Part shown: positions 18,812 through 28,240 of the stretch, in pieces
Numbering within the stretch: position 1 is the first letter of the stretch
Layout: every line of letters begins with the position of its first letter
Assembly (NCBI GenBank): GCA_021788365.1
Contig: JAJYKS010000002.1
Coordinates: 96,521-160,520 of the forward strand
From: a bacterium
GTDB lineage: Bacteria > Patescibacteriota > Microgenomatia > UBA1400 > UBA12108
Reading direction: 5' to 3'
Length of the DNA: 64,000 nt
Notes under the pieces: generated by a model
The model's database searches: none
The model's input: the letters and a program-made list of their open reading frames with translations, nothing else
Told to the model about the DNA's origin: nothing
Translations under genes and position numbers: made by a program

Positions 18812-21072
18812 TGAAAAATAATCATTCAAAAAAATCTATTAAGACAGTTGAAATACCTATTCAAGGCATGACCTGCGTTGACTGTTCGTTTGATATTGAG
18901 GCTGCTATAAAAAAGGTACCAGGCGTGCAAACTGTTGAGGTACTCGTAAACTCCGAAAAGGCACACGTCCAATTCGATCCAACGAAAGCATCGATTGAGG
19001 ATATTCACTCTGCGATAGAAAATGCTGGCTATTGCACCCCGCTTTCTCTTCAACCAACAGTGCAACCAAAAAATCCATCGGATACTCAAATACCGTTGGG
19101 AAATTTTACTAATCGCATTTTAATACTATTTGGAATTGTGTTTGGAGTGGTTTTACTTGTTGTCGTGATGGGTGAAGTGCTTGGGATATTTGATCGTTAC
19201 ACAGAGCAAATACCATGGTTTGTCTGGCTTATTTTAGTGATTATCAGCGGGTATTCGATTTTTCGAGGAGTTATTCAAGCAACACTAAGAAAACAGATAA
19301 CCTCGCATACCCTCATGACGGTGGGGCTTATTGCAGCTGCAGTTGTTGGAGAATGGACTACAGCACTACTTATCGTTTTTTTCATGCGAGTTGCCGAGTA
19401 TGTTGAGAAATTTACTACTGAACGTGCCAGGCAAGCTCTGAAAAACCTTACCCGACTTGCTCCACTCACAGCTCGAATAGAAAAAAATGGAGAGGAACAA
19501 GAAGTCATGATTGGGGCAGTACAGAAAGACGATATTGTTATCGTCCGACCAGGAGAACGTATTCCCGTTGACGGTGTTGTTATCGATGGCCAAGCAACAG
19601 TAAATCAAGCAGCGATTACAGGTGAATCAATGCCGGCAGAAGTCGGTGTCGGAGCGAAAGTATATGCTGCAACAATAGCACAATTCGGGACGCTTCGCAT
19701 TCGCACCACTCTTATCGGTGAAGATACAACTTTTGGCAAAGTGATTAAATTGGTTGAGGAGGCAGAAACCCATCGAGCAGACGTACAACGAGTTGCGGAT
19801 AAGTTTTCCGCATACTATTTACCGGTTGTTGTCGTTGTAGCAACACTCACATTTGTATTTAGTCACAATCCTTTGGCGACCGCTGCCGTTTTAGTCGTTG
19901 CCTGTTCCTGTTCGTTTGCCATGGCTACCCCCATAGCCGTTTTAGCTTCAGTGGGAGCGGCTGCTAAGAGAGGCCTGCTTGTTAAAGGAGGAAAATACCT
20001 TGAAGAGCTCTCGCGTATTGATGTTTTATTGATTGATAAGACTGGGACTTTGACTTTAGGTCGTCCTACAATTTTAGACGTAGTTTCTTTGGGTAAAATG
20101 ACAGAGAGTGAAATTGTTAAACTGGCTGCTTCTGCAGAAAGGTATTCAGAGCATCCCTTAGCTGAAGCGGTACGAACTCTCGCACACAATCGAAATATTA
20201 CTTTGTCTCAACCAAGTGAGTTTGTGGCCATACCAGGAAAAGGAATTCGGACAAAAATCTCAGATAAATCAATTGCCGTGGGAAGCAAACGTCTCTTTAC
20301 AGACAGTATGTTAAACGATAAAAAAATCCATGAAATAATTTCCAAACTTGAAATACAGGGAAAGACATGTTTGATAGTTTCGCAAGATGATACTATTGTC
20401 GGAATATTAGCAGCTTCAGATACAACGAGAACTGAAGTGCCCAAAGCGATAGATGACCTTCGTGCACTGGGCATCAAAAAAATAGAGCTGTTGACTGGTG
20501 ACAATGAACGAGTCGCCGCTTCACTTGCAAATACTTTAAAAGTTGATTACCAGGCTGGTCTTCTCCCTGAAGACAAAATACGAATCGTAAAAGAATATCA
20601 GAAAAAAGGTCACACTGTTGCAATGATTGGTGATGGGGTAAACGATGCTCCCGCTCTTGCCCAAGCCAATGTCGGAATTGCCATGGGAGCAGCCGGCACT
20701 GATGTCGCAATTGAGGCAGCACATATTGCATTGATGCGCGATGATTGGGCGCTTATACCAGAGGTCATCCATATATCTCGCCGTACCATGTCTGTTGTTA
20801 AATTTAATATTGGATTCACTGTTGTGTACAACTTTATTGGTTTAGCGCTCGCATCAACTGGCATTTTACCTCCTGTGTTTGCAGCGGCTGCCCAAACACT
20901 GCCCGATTTAATTATTTTAGGAAATTCATCTCGTTTATTAAAAAGGAGTGTATTTACAAAAAATATTCCTATTAATAAAGTAAAATTTACTAACAGAAAT
21001 GAAAAAGGAGCTGAATGCGATCCAAATACCTGCGCATGCGGCTCAGTATCAATTGATCAGGTACACTCTTAA
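18811..21072 (+). CDS. P1B heavy-metal ATPase with HMA domain and CSC transmembrane motif
   Basis: GMTCVDC, TGES, VACSCS, DKTGTLT, SEHPLA, GDGVNDAP. Confidence 0.93.
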   Translation: MKNNHSKKSIKTVEIPIQGMTCVDCSFDIEAAIKKVPGVQTVEVLVNSEKAHVQFDPTKASIEDIHSAIENAGYCTPLSLQPTVQPKNPSDTQIPLGNFTNRILILFGIVFGVVLLVVVMGEVLGIFDRYTEQIPWFVWLILVIISGYSIFRGVIQATLRKQITSHTLMTVGLIAAAVVGEWTTALLIVFFMRVAEYVEKFTTERARQALKNLTRLAPLTARIEKNGEEQEVMIGAVQKDDIVIVRPGERIPVDGVVIDGQATVNQAAITGESMPAEVGVGAKVYAATIAQFGTLRIRTTLIGEDTTFGKVIKLVEEAETHRADVQRVADKFSAYYLPVVVVVATLTFVFSHNPLATAAVLVVACSCSFAMATPIAVLASVGAAAKRGLLVKGGKYLEELSRIDVLLIDKTGTLTLGRPTILDVVSLGKMTESEIVKLAASAERYSEHPLAEAVRTLAHNRNITLSQPSEFVAIPGKGIRTKISDKSIAVGSKRLFTDSMLNDKKIHEIISKLEIQGKTCLIVSQDDTIVGILAASDTTRTEVPKAIDDLRALGIKKIELLTGDNERVAASLANTLKVDYQAGLLPEDKIRIVKEYQKKGHTVAMIGDGVNDAPALAQANVGIAMGAAGTDVAIEAAHIALMRDDWALIPEVIHISRRTMSVVKFNIGFTVVYNFIGLALASTGILPPVFAAAAQTLPDLIILGNSSRLLKRSVFTKNIPINKVKFTNRNEKGAECDPNTCACGSVSIDQVHS

Positions 21073-21077
21073 ATTAT

Positions 21078-21725
21078 ATGAGCAAAAAGAAACATAATCT
21101 TAGACAATCATCTTATGATCCGTCCATGGAGACAGTCATGCCTATGGAGAATCCGGTATCGAGTAAGAATAATCTGCAAGTCTTATTTCTTGCGCTTGGG
21201 ATCGGTATCGTTTTGATATTAATATTGGCAAATCGTTTACTAGACCTGAAAAATAATACAAGCAATGGATCAGTAAAGGCTGTAAGTACGATTCAAGGAG
21301 TAGGAGGTATAACATGGAGTGTTCCAACGATTGACGGAGGCACATATGATTTTGCAGAGCATAAGGGAAAGCCGACGGTTTTATTCCTAAGTTCTTCATG
21401 GTGTAAAGAATGTCGAGGTGAAGTGGCAAAATTAGCCCGTGTATACAACACATACAAAAATAAGGGGCTGGAGATTGTTGCTCTTGATATCTATCCTCAG
21501 GAGGGTCCAGAGCCGTGGAGACAGTTTAAGGATGATGGCGCGGGTGGCGAGACTGTAAATTATGTGTGGGCTATGGATACAAATAATCAGATTGCTCGTC
21601 TATTAAACGTTCAATATTTGGATACAAAAATATTTATAAACAGTCAAGGAAAAGAGGTAGCACGTACCCTTGGTATTCGCCCTTACGAAGAGATTGAAGC
21701 ACATGTTAAGGAGACGCTTCAATGA
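21078..21725 (+). CDS. TlpA/ResA-like membrane-anchored thioredoxin
   Basis: TM segment followed by GKPTVLFLSSSWCKEC. Confidence 0.85.
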   Translation: MSKKKHNLRQSSYDPSMETVMPMENPVSSKNNLQVLFLALGIGIVLILILANRLLDLKNNTSNGSVKAVSTIQGVGGITWSVPTIDGGTYDFAEHKGKPTVLFLSSSWCKECRGEVAKLARVYNTYKNKGLEIVALDIYPQEGPEPWRQFKDDGAGGETVNYVWAMDTNNQIARLLNVQYLDTKIFINSQGKEVARTLGIRPYEEIEAHVKETLQ

Positions 21726-22417
21726 ACAATCTCCCTCTAGCGTATGCATTCGGCGCCGGATTGCTGGCGACCTTAAATCCATGTTGTGTGGCAATGCTTC
21801 CATCCTTCCTCGCGTTTTATATCGGAGCCAATAACGAAGGCTACGAGCACATTCCACTACATAGTCGCCTAAAGAATGCAGTTATGACAGGAATCCTTGT
21901 CACATTAGGGTTCTTAACCATATATCTTGGTGGTGGCATCTTGGTAAGTCTAGGCTTACAAATGTTTATCAACTGGGTACCTCAACTTACGATCCTCATA
22001 GGGTCCATTTTAATGGTAATGGGCGGGACTATGCTCCTAGGGCACTCTCTTAAGGTTCATCTATTTCATCCACAATGGAGCGTAAAAAAAACGGGATTAT
22101 TGCCAATGTTTTTATATGGGGTAAGTTATGCAATTGCATCGTTATCGTGCACATTGCCAATGTTCTTGATTATCGTAGGCAGTACAGCCTCTGCTCCAGG
22201 ACCACTATCGACACTGCTTATGTTTCTGAGTTATGGGTTGGGAATCGCAGTTGTTCTTATTGGTATCACCTGCGCAACTATGCTCTTTCAGACTGCAGTA
22301 AATCGATGGCTGCACAGAATTCTTCCATATGTTCAGATAGTTAGCGGGTTGCTTCTGATTGGGGTGGGAGCGTATTTAATCTATTATCAATTACACTTTG
22401 CCTTTAGGTTGTTTTAA
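21722..22417 (+). CDS. CcdA/DsbD-like transmembrane disulfide reductase
   Basis: AGLLATLNPCCVAMLP and SLSCTLP, about 6 TM segments. Confidence 0.85.
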   Translation: MNNLPLAYAFGAGLLATLNPCCVAMLPSFLAFYIGANNEGYEHIPLHSRLKNAVMTGILVTLGFLTIYLGGGILVSLGLQMFINWVPQLTILIGSILMVMGGTMLLGHSLKVHLFHPQWSVKKTGLLPMFLYGVSYAIASLSCTLPMFLIIVGSTASAPGPLSTLLMFLSYGLGIAVVLIGITCATMLFQTAVNRWLHRILPYVQIVSGLLLIGVGAYLIYYQLHFAFRLF

Positions 22418-22419
22418 TA

Positions 22420-23112
22420 TCAATCCTCACCAGGAAACACATATTTTGATAGCATTGGTCGAGGCAGTTCAGACTCGGAACCAAAGGTCACCAGGATTTC
22501 ATCGTGCTGATTAAGGGGTAGTTGTCTTGGATCACCTTGATACTGTTTCCCATTAACAAAAACGGTTAGTTTATTAGTTTCATCAATAGTATAGCCACCA
22601 ATATTTTTTTCGGTGAAAAATACACCCCAGACATCAAAAAATAATCCGAGCGTTGGCTTAAAAGTAGTATCTGACGCTTCGACATGAATAATGCCTGTCG
22701 GATCATGTGTATGCGTAGGCAATTCCACTGTACTGGAAAGTCCAATTTGCGCAGGGACAACAATATTCTGGTTATGGATATAAATATCTAAATGGTCATG
22801 GTGGTGTAGATATGACGGGTCTGCAGGTGGTAAATGAAGCAAGGCTGTAAGTTCGGGCAACATATCTGCATTCGGTTTCCAAGTTGAGTTCTTAGTCAAA
22901 TCTAACGTTTGATGAGATAAACGGTTTTGCACAAAGTTCACATTGTTTACGCTGGTTGAAGTTTCAGATGCAGGCGGATAATTCTGTTGCGTTAAATTGT
23001 GTTGATTTGATTTAATCAAGAATAAAGCACTAGTAACAACTACAATTACGATAAGAGCAATCTTTATTATCCAATTACGTTGATTATTTTGTCTATTTAC
23101 GTACGTCGTCAT
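22420..23112 (-). CDS. Exported His-rich putative metal-binding protein
   Basis: N-terminal TM, HHHDHLDIYI, THTHDPTGIIHVE, TLGLFFDVWG. Confidence 0.7.
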   Translation of the reverse strand: MTTYVNRQNNQRNWIIKIALIVIVVVTSALFLIKSNQHNLTQQNYPPASETSTSVNNVNFVQNRLSHQTLDLTKNSTWKPNADMLPELTALLHLPPADPSYLHHHDHLDIYIHNQNIVVPAQIGLSSTVELPTHTHDPTGIIHVEASDTTFKPTLGLFFDVWGVFFTEKNIGGYTIDETNKLTVFVNGKQYQGDPRQLPLNQHDEILVTFGSESELPRPMLSKYVFPGED

Positions 23113-23204
23113 ATTAAATCTCTCCCGACACCTGAGCATTTTCTTCTCCTTTTTTTGTCAAATGTCGTAGTTCGTAATACATAATCTTTATTATAGTAAA
23201 TTAT

Positions 23205-23837
23205 AACTAAAGATTCTTGCTTGTTCGTAACATAGACGAACACTGAATAAAGTTCCGGAAGGTGCCAATTTGGGTTTAGGGTTTGGCAGGCACTTGCTTT
23301 GGCTGCACTGCTATCAGAAGAAACAGTATTAGATCTAGAGTCAGACGCTGGTTTAAGTCTTTTTAGCTGCCTGCAAGGTAGGAAGTACAGGCAAAGTTAT
23401 CAGTGTTGGTAGTACTGAAGAAATGATTACAAATGCAAGGTAAATGCTGCCTCCGGTAAATTTACAAATGTTGAGTTTTGTCTTGGAGATACTGAAAATT
23501 TACCTACAGTAAGCGTAACCATCGATGCGATTATTTCTAATTATGTGATAAATTTAGCACCGAATAAGGATAAGGTCTTTGCTGACACTTACCGAGTATT
23601 AAAACCGGAGTCAGATTGATGATTTCCGACGTAGTGCTATCAAAAGTATTACCAGAAAATCTCAAAGAGGATAGTACATTGCGCACAGGATGTGTCAGCG
23701 GTGCTATCTTAAAAAATAACTATCTCAAAATACTAAATGAGGCCGGATTCAAAGACATCAGCATAACAAAGAAGGTACCGATGTTCATAGAGGAATATGC
23801 GTTAAGTATTTCATTTACAGCAATAAAACCAAAGTAA
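23205..23837 (+). pseudogene. Degenerate arsM copy
   Basis: Nucleotide similarity to 17590-18225, with stops and frameshifts. The C-terminal ORF 23616-23837 is near-identical to the ArsM C-terminus. Confidence 0.9.
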
Positions 23838-23930
23838 AGGTTAGTTGCACTATGAATAAATTTTTCTATGAATAATGCAAATTAGGATTTGAAGTCTAAG
23901 AAAATAATCTTGAATATTAAGATCAGCAAT

Positions 23931-23988
23931 GTCTTCTCACCTGCCTAATTTGCAAATCTCGTTAGAGCTAATTTGTAAAAAATTTCAT
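23931..23988 (-). pseudogene. DUF2958 5' remnant
   Basis: AAAAGGAGGTG SD, then MKFFTN*L..RFA.LGR*ED versus MKLLTNELLMRFAKIGRQED of the gene at 13958. Confidence 0.65.
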
Positions 23989-24031
23989 AATTTCACACCT
24001 CCTTTTGACTTCTTCCCGAAATTAATTGTTA

Positions 24032-24156
24032 GGAAGTATGACCATACTTCCCATACCTGGGAATCTTTCTAGCGGGGTGAAATTTTGCAATGGCAAACGA
24101 AGTGCAGTTTATTGAAGCGAAGCGGAAACCCTTGCAAAAAGAGGGGCAAGGCCCTT
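24032..24156. other. Multi-hairpin structured element, copy 2
   Basis: GGAAGTATG-AC-CATACTTCC (compensatory change versus copy 1), TTTTGCAA..TTGCAAAA, AC-GAA-GT, GC-GAA-GC, GGGGCAAGGCCC. Confidence 0.7.
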
Positions 24157-24176
24157 AAAAGAATCGCATTTGATAA

Positions 24177-25466
24177 CTATTTCTGTATAAAGGGAAACTG
24201 ATAATACGTTGCTTTGCTACCGAGCTGCCGCTCAATTCTCATAAGTCGATTATATTTTGCTACCCGTTCGCTTCGGGCGGGAGCGCCGGTTTTCATTTGT
24301 CCTATTCCCATTGCAACGGTAAAATCAGCTATAAATGTATCTTCCGTTTCTCCACTCCTATGGGAAACGACTGATGACATGCCGTTTTTCCGAGCAAGTA
24401 ACACTGCGTCAACCGTTTCTGTCAACGTGCCGATTTGATTCAGTTTGATGAGAACAGAGTTAGTCGTTTTACTATCTATGCCTTTTTGTAATAGTTTTAC
24501 GTTTGTCACATACAAATCATCGCCGACAATTTGTAATTTGTCCTCATACGACGAGGTAAATCTTTGAAATGCTTCCCAGTCATCCTCAGCAAATATATCT
24601 TCAAGGGAAATGATGGGATATTTTTTGGCAAGTTGTGTAAAAAATTCCGCTAGTTCATCACTGTTCACTGTTTTTCCTTCTTTACTGAGTTGGTATGTTC
24701 CATTTTTATAAAATTCAGATGCGGCAGGATCAATACCAAAACTAATATCTCTGCCAAGAATATAGTTTGCTTTTTCTATTGCCTCAGACAATAATTGAAA
24801 TGGCTCTTCATTTGATGTTACATTTGGAGCAAAACCACCCTCATCACCAACAGTTACACTGTAACCTTTTGTTTTTAGAATCTTTTTGAGACTTTGATAA
24901 ACCTCAGTATTCATGCGTACCGCCTCAACTATATTTTTTACTCCAATCGGAAACAGCATATATTCCTGAATATCGGTTGCCCAATTAGCGTGCTTACCAC
25001 CATTCATAACATTCATTTCTGGAATTGGCATGAGATATGTTCCCATAAAATCAGGATTAAATTTCGTAAGGTATTCGTAGAGTTCTTTTTTTTCAGTTGC
25101 CGCTTGTGCTCTGGCGGCACTCAGCGATACAGAAAGAATTGCATTGGTGCCAAGCTTTGCTTTATTTTCTGTACCATCCAAGTCAATTAACGTTTGATCA
25201 AGCTTCCGTTGATCCTGCGCATCTATACCTGAAACTGCATTGCTAATAATTGAATTCACATTGGCAACGGCGGACAGCACACCCTTTCCGTTATAACGAT
25301 TGATATCTCCATCACGAAGTTCAACGGCTTCGTGTTTTCCGGTAGAAGCGCCTGATGGTATAGCGGCCCAACCTGTTGATCCATCTTCAAGAATTGTTAC
25401 CGCTTCAATCGTCGGATTTCCCCGACTATCAAGAATTTCTTGTGCATTTACTGATCTAATTTTCAT
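24177..25466 (-). CDS. eno: Enolase (phosphopyruvate hydratase)
   Basis: ILDSRGNPT, PSGASTG, GDEGGFAP, IVGDDL, VSHRSGETED, KTGAPARSERVAKYN. Confidence 0.98.
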   Translation of the reverse strand: MKIRSVNAQEILDSRGNPTIEAVTILEDGSTGWAAIPSGASTGKHEAVELRDGDINRYNGKGVLSAVANVNSIISNAVSGIDAQDQRKLDQTLIDLDGTENKAKLGTNAILSVSLSAARAQAATEKKELYEYLTKFNPDFMGTYLMPIPEMNVMNGGKHANWATDIQEYMLFPIGVKNIVEAVRMNTEVYQSLKKILKTKGYSVTVGDEGGFAPNVTSNEEPFQLLSEAIEKANYILGRDISFGIDPAASEFYKNGTYQLSKEGKTVNSDELAEFFTQLAKKYPIISLEDIFAEDDWEAFQRFTSSYEDKLQIVGDDLYVTNVKLLQKGIDSKTTNSVLIKLNQIGTLTETVDAVLLARKNGMSSVVSHRSGETEDTFIADFTVAMGIGQMKTGAPARSERVAKYNRLMRIERQLGSKATYYQFPFIQK

Positions 25467-26656
25467 ACGCGAAAGTATCTCTTTCTATGATACATAACAA
25501 ATATGGCAAGTGCGAGTATTGCCATCACACTGCCATACAAAAACGTTGCAGATGGTTTTATTGTATTCCAGAGAATTCCGCCAATAAAAGAAGCCAAAAA
25601 TGTCCCGATTGCCGTAATCGTATAATACGCTCCAAAATATGTTCCGGATTCCTCAGGATGGATAAATTCGGCGATGTACGCCTTTGACACTCCGTCGGTC
25701 GCTGCAATATAGATGCCATATATAGGAAACAAAAACCAGAGTAATTGCGTCGTATGAATGATTCCAAAGGCGAAATATACGATTGCAAAGATCAGGAGAC
25801 CAAATAAATAGACTTTTTTCGGTCCCAAACGGTCCGATGTTTTTCCAAGCGGCGTGGAAAATGCCGTATACGATATGTTATAGAGCACATAGGCAAGAAC
25901 GACAAAGGTTGTTGTAAGTCCTAAGTTTTTTGCCTGTAGGAGAAGAAACGCATCGGAGCTGTTACCCGCCGAAAAAATAAAGCTGATTAGCAAAAAAAAT
26001 TTTAATTCCTTGGGTATAGTTCGCCAGGAAAAACGACTTAAACGGTACTGAGATGTAATGGTCGCCCGTTTTGTTTCACCAACAAAAAAGAATATGAGAA
26101 GTATAGCGATAACTGCAGGAATGAACGCGATAAAGAATGTCAGTCGGATATTTTCTTTGAATAGTGCTAAGAGAACTAGAGCCGCAAGTGGCCCAAATAC
26201 TGCACCTAGGCTATCAAACGCGCGATGGAATCCGAAAATGAATCCTCGGTTCGTGCGGTTGGTATTATCGAGAAGTAAACTATCTCGCGCTGCGGTCCGC
26301 ATGCCTTTGCCGAGACGGTCAATAAAGCGGGCAAAGAGGACAAGCGGCCACGTGTACGCAAGACCGATAAGCACCTTTGAAACCGCTCCTAGCGTATAGC
26401 CGCCTATTACAAATGGTTTCCGCTTATGAATTGAATCGGAATATACGCCAAATAAGAACTTCGTGATGCTTGCGGTTGCCTCGGCAATACCTTCGATCAA
26501 CCCAATGACTGGAATTGTCGTGTGAAGAACTGAGGTTAAGAAAATCGGGACTATCGGGTAAATCATTTCCGACGCCAGATCATTGAAAAAACTCACCAAA
26601 CCCAAAAAGAAGACTGTTCGTGGGATAGATGTCAGTTTTTTCGTTACTATGGACAT
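25463..26656 (-). CDS. MFS transporter
   Basis: About 12 TM segments, VSFFNDLASEM, RFIDRLGKGMRTAARD, SDRLGPKK. Confidence 0.9.
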   Translation of the reverse strand: MSIVTKKLTSIPRTVFFLGLVSFFNDLASEMIYPIVPIFLTSVLHTTIPVIGLIEGIAEATASITKFLFGVYSDSIHKRKPFVIGGYTLGAVSKVLIGLAYTWPLVLFARFIDRLGKGMRTAARDSLLLDNTNRTNRGFIFGFHRAFDSLGAVFGPLAALVLLALFKENIRLTFFIAFIPAVIAILLIFFFVGETKRATITSQYRLSRFSWRTIPKELKFFLLISFIFSAGNSSDAFLLLQAKNLGLTTTFVVLAYVLYNISYTAFSTPLGKTSDRLGPKKVYLFGLLIFAIVYFAFGIIHTTQLLWFLFPIYGIYIAATDGVSKAYIAEFIHPEESGTYFGAYYTITAIGTFLASFIGGILWNTIKPSATFLYGSVMAILALAIFVMYHRKRYFRV

Positions 26657-26670
26657 GATTTTATTGTACG

Positions 26671-27195
26671 CTACTTACCCTCAGCGGCGAACCGTTTTTG
26701 CGCTTCATTGATAATCCTATATGCTTCCGTTTTATTAAGCCAACCTACAACTTCAACGTTTTTTTCTTCGAGATGTTTATACACTTCAAAGAAATGGACT
26801 ATTTCCTTTCTGTGATGTTCGTTTACGTCGTCAATCTCCTTGAGATACGATAGTTTTGGATCCCTATCAGCAACAGCAAGAATTTTCCAATCCTGACCGG
26901 CATTATCATTCATGTTCAACATTCCAATAGGTCGAACAGTTAAGATACAACCAGGGAATGTGGGTTCAGTTATAAGAACAAGCACATCTAAATGATCGCC
27001 GTCTTCTGAACGAGTTTGTGGAATAAAACCATAGTCTGTCGGATAAAAGACTGGTGAATGCAGGACTCGGTCAAGTCGAATTTCGTCAAAGTTTTCGTCG
27101 TACTCATATTTGTGATGCGATCCTCGAGGAATCTCAACGATAACAGTAATTATTTCCGGAGCTTTATCTCCGAGTGGAATTGTATGAAATGCCAT
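26671..27195 (-). CDS. ppa: Family I inorganic pyrophosphatase
   Basis: EIPRGS..KYE, YGFIPQT, DGDHLDVLV, D.KILAV, FFEVYKHLE. Confidence 0.96.
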   Translation of the reverse strand: MAFHTIPLGDKAPEIITVIVEIPRGSHHKYEYDENFDEIRLDRVLHSPVFYPTDYGFIPQTRSEDGDHLDVLVLITEPTFPGCILTVRPIGMLNMNDNAGQDWKILAVADRDPKLSYLKEIDDVNEHHRKEIVHFFEVYKHLEEKNVEVVGWLNKTEAYRIINEAQKRFAAEGK

Positions 27196-27197
27196 AT

Positions 27198-27539
27198 TTA
27201 TCCTTTCTTCCCATATTGAATAATTTGAACTCGCTCTTGAGTTATTAATGTGCTCGCGGATATATCCCAGGTTGAATACACTTGTTTAAATTGCTCAATT
27301 TTTTCTTCCCTATCAACAACTTCGACTATAATTGGCTCATCAGAAGAAAGTTCTAGGATGTTTGCCGTATGGATTTTACTGGCTTTTCCATACCCCTCTA
27401 TGCCACGAAGAACAGTGACGCCAGCGAAATGATTTGTCCTAAGGTATTCGACAATATACATATATAACGTTTTCCCTTGATATTTATCTTTCTCACCCAT
27501 GTATATGCGAAGTAATAGTACTGTTGATTCTTGTTCCAT
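27198..27539 (-). CDS. DUF190 (PII-like) protein, commonly found next to crcB
   Basis: LLRIYMGEKD, AGVTVLRGIEGYG, LSSDEPIIVEVVD. Confidence 0.9.
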   Translation of the reverse strand: MEQESTVLLLRIYMGEKDKYQGKTLYMYIVEYLRTNHFAGVTVLRGIEGYGKASKIHTANILELSSDEPIIVEVVDREEKIEQFKQVYSTWDISASTLITQERVQIIQYGKKG

Positions 27540-27541
27540 AG

Positions 27542-27919
27542 TTACTTAGTTATCAATATTGCCAAATTTCTGCTTAATCCAATTGCCAATAAGCATAACA
27601 GTATGTTTGCAGAGAGATTTATACCAAATAATAATACATCGTTCATCTCTGCAAGTCTTACAGACTCAAAAGCAAACGTTGACATAGTGGTATAAGCACC
27701 AATAAATCCAACGGTTATCATATTACGAATATCTGGATTGATATTTCTGCCATATAGCACCATATAGCTGATAAATCCGAGAAAAAAACTTCCTGTAACG
27801 TTCACGAATAAGGTGCCTATAGGAAATGACGGGAAAAGATTACCTATAAAGCGGGAAATAATAAATCTACTGATACTGCCAAAAAATCCACCAATTCCAA
27901 TATAGATAACTTGTTGCAT
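27542..27919 (-). CDS. crcB: Fluoride channel Fluc
   Basis: GGFFGSISRF, FPIGTLFVNVTGSF, GFIGAYTTMSTF. Lies downstream of a fluoride riboswitch. Confidence 0.95.
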   Translation of the reverse strand: MQQVIYIGIGGFFGSISRFIISRFIGNLFPSFPIGTLFVNVTGSFFLGFISYMVLYGRNINPDIRNMITVGFIGAYTTMSTFAFESVRLAEMNDVLLFGINLSANILLCLLAIGLSRNLAILITK

Positions 27920-27956
27920 AAAAAAAAAGCTCCTACAAAAATATTTGTAGAAGCTA
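27920..27956 (-). terminator. Riboswitch-controlled intrinsic terminator
   Basis: Minus strand AGCTTCTACAAA-TAT-TTTTGTAGGAGCT followed by a T run. It overlaps the 3' strand of the aptamer pseudoknot. Confidence 0.85.
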
Positions 27957-27995
27957 TCAGCCTTTCGGCACTTATAGAGCGAGCTTCATCGCTTA
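27945..27995 (-). ncRNA. Fluoride riboswitch (crcB motif)
   Basis: Minus strand AGCGATGAAGCTCGCT..GCC-GAAA-GGCTGATAGCTTCTAC: P1 AGCG/CGCT, pseudoknot GAAGCT/AGCTTC. Promoter TTGCAA(28030-25)-17-TATAAT(28007-02). Confidence 0.92.
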
Positions 27996-28240
27996 CGTTG
28001 TATTATAGTTGTGAAAAATATTGTTTGCAAGGTGACTATTGTTTGGGTAAATATCAAAGATAGATTAGACCCAATACTGATCGTTGCCTCTCTGTTTCGT
28101 CACCATTCATGAAGCAAATACTCGCACAATAAAAACAGTAATCAGTTTCCTCAAAATTGGTCAAAACTATCGAAACAAAGCAGAAACCTTTCAAAAAGAG
28201 GGATAAGACCGTTAAATCTCTAGTCCTGCGAAGTTACAAC

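Noticed and set aside
23616-23837. Stand-alone 73-aa gene
   Set aside because: It is the surviving 3' fragment of the arsM pseudogene.
28040-28240. Possible YHS-like remnant (minus-strand DYCFYCASIC)
   Set aside because: Too short, with no start codon or wider similarity I could support.
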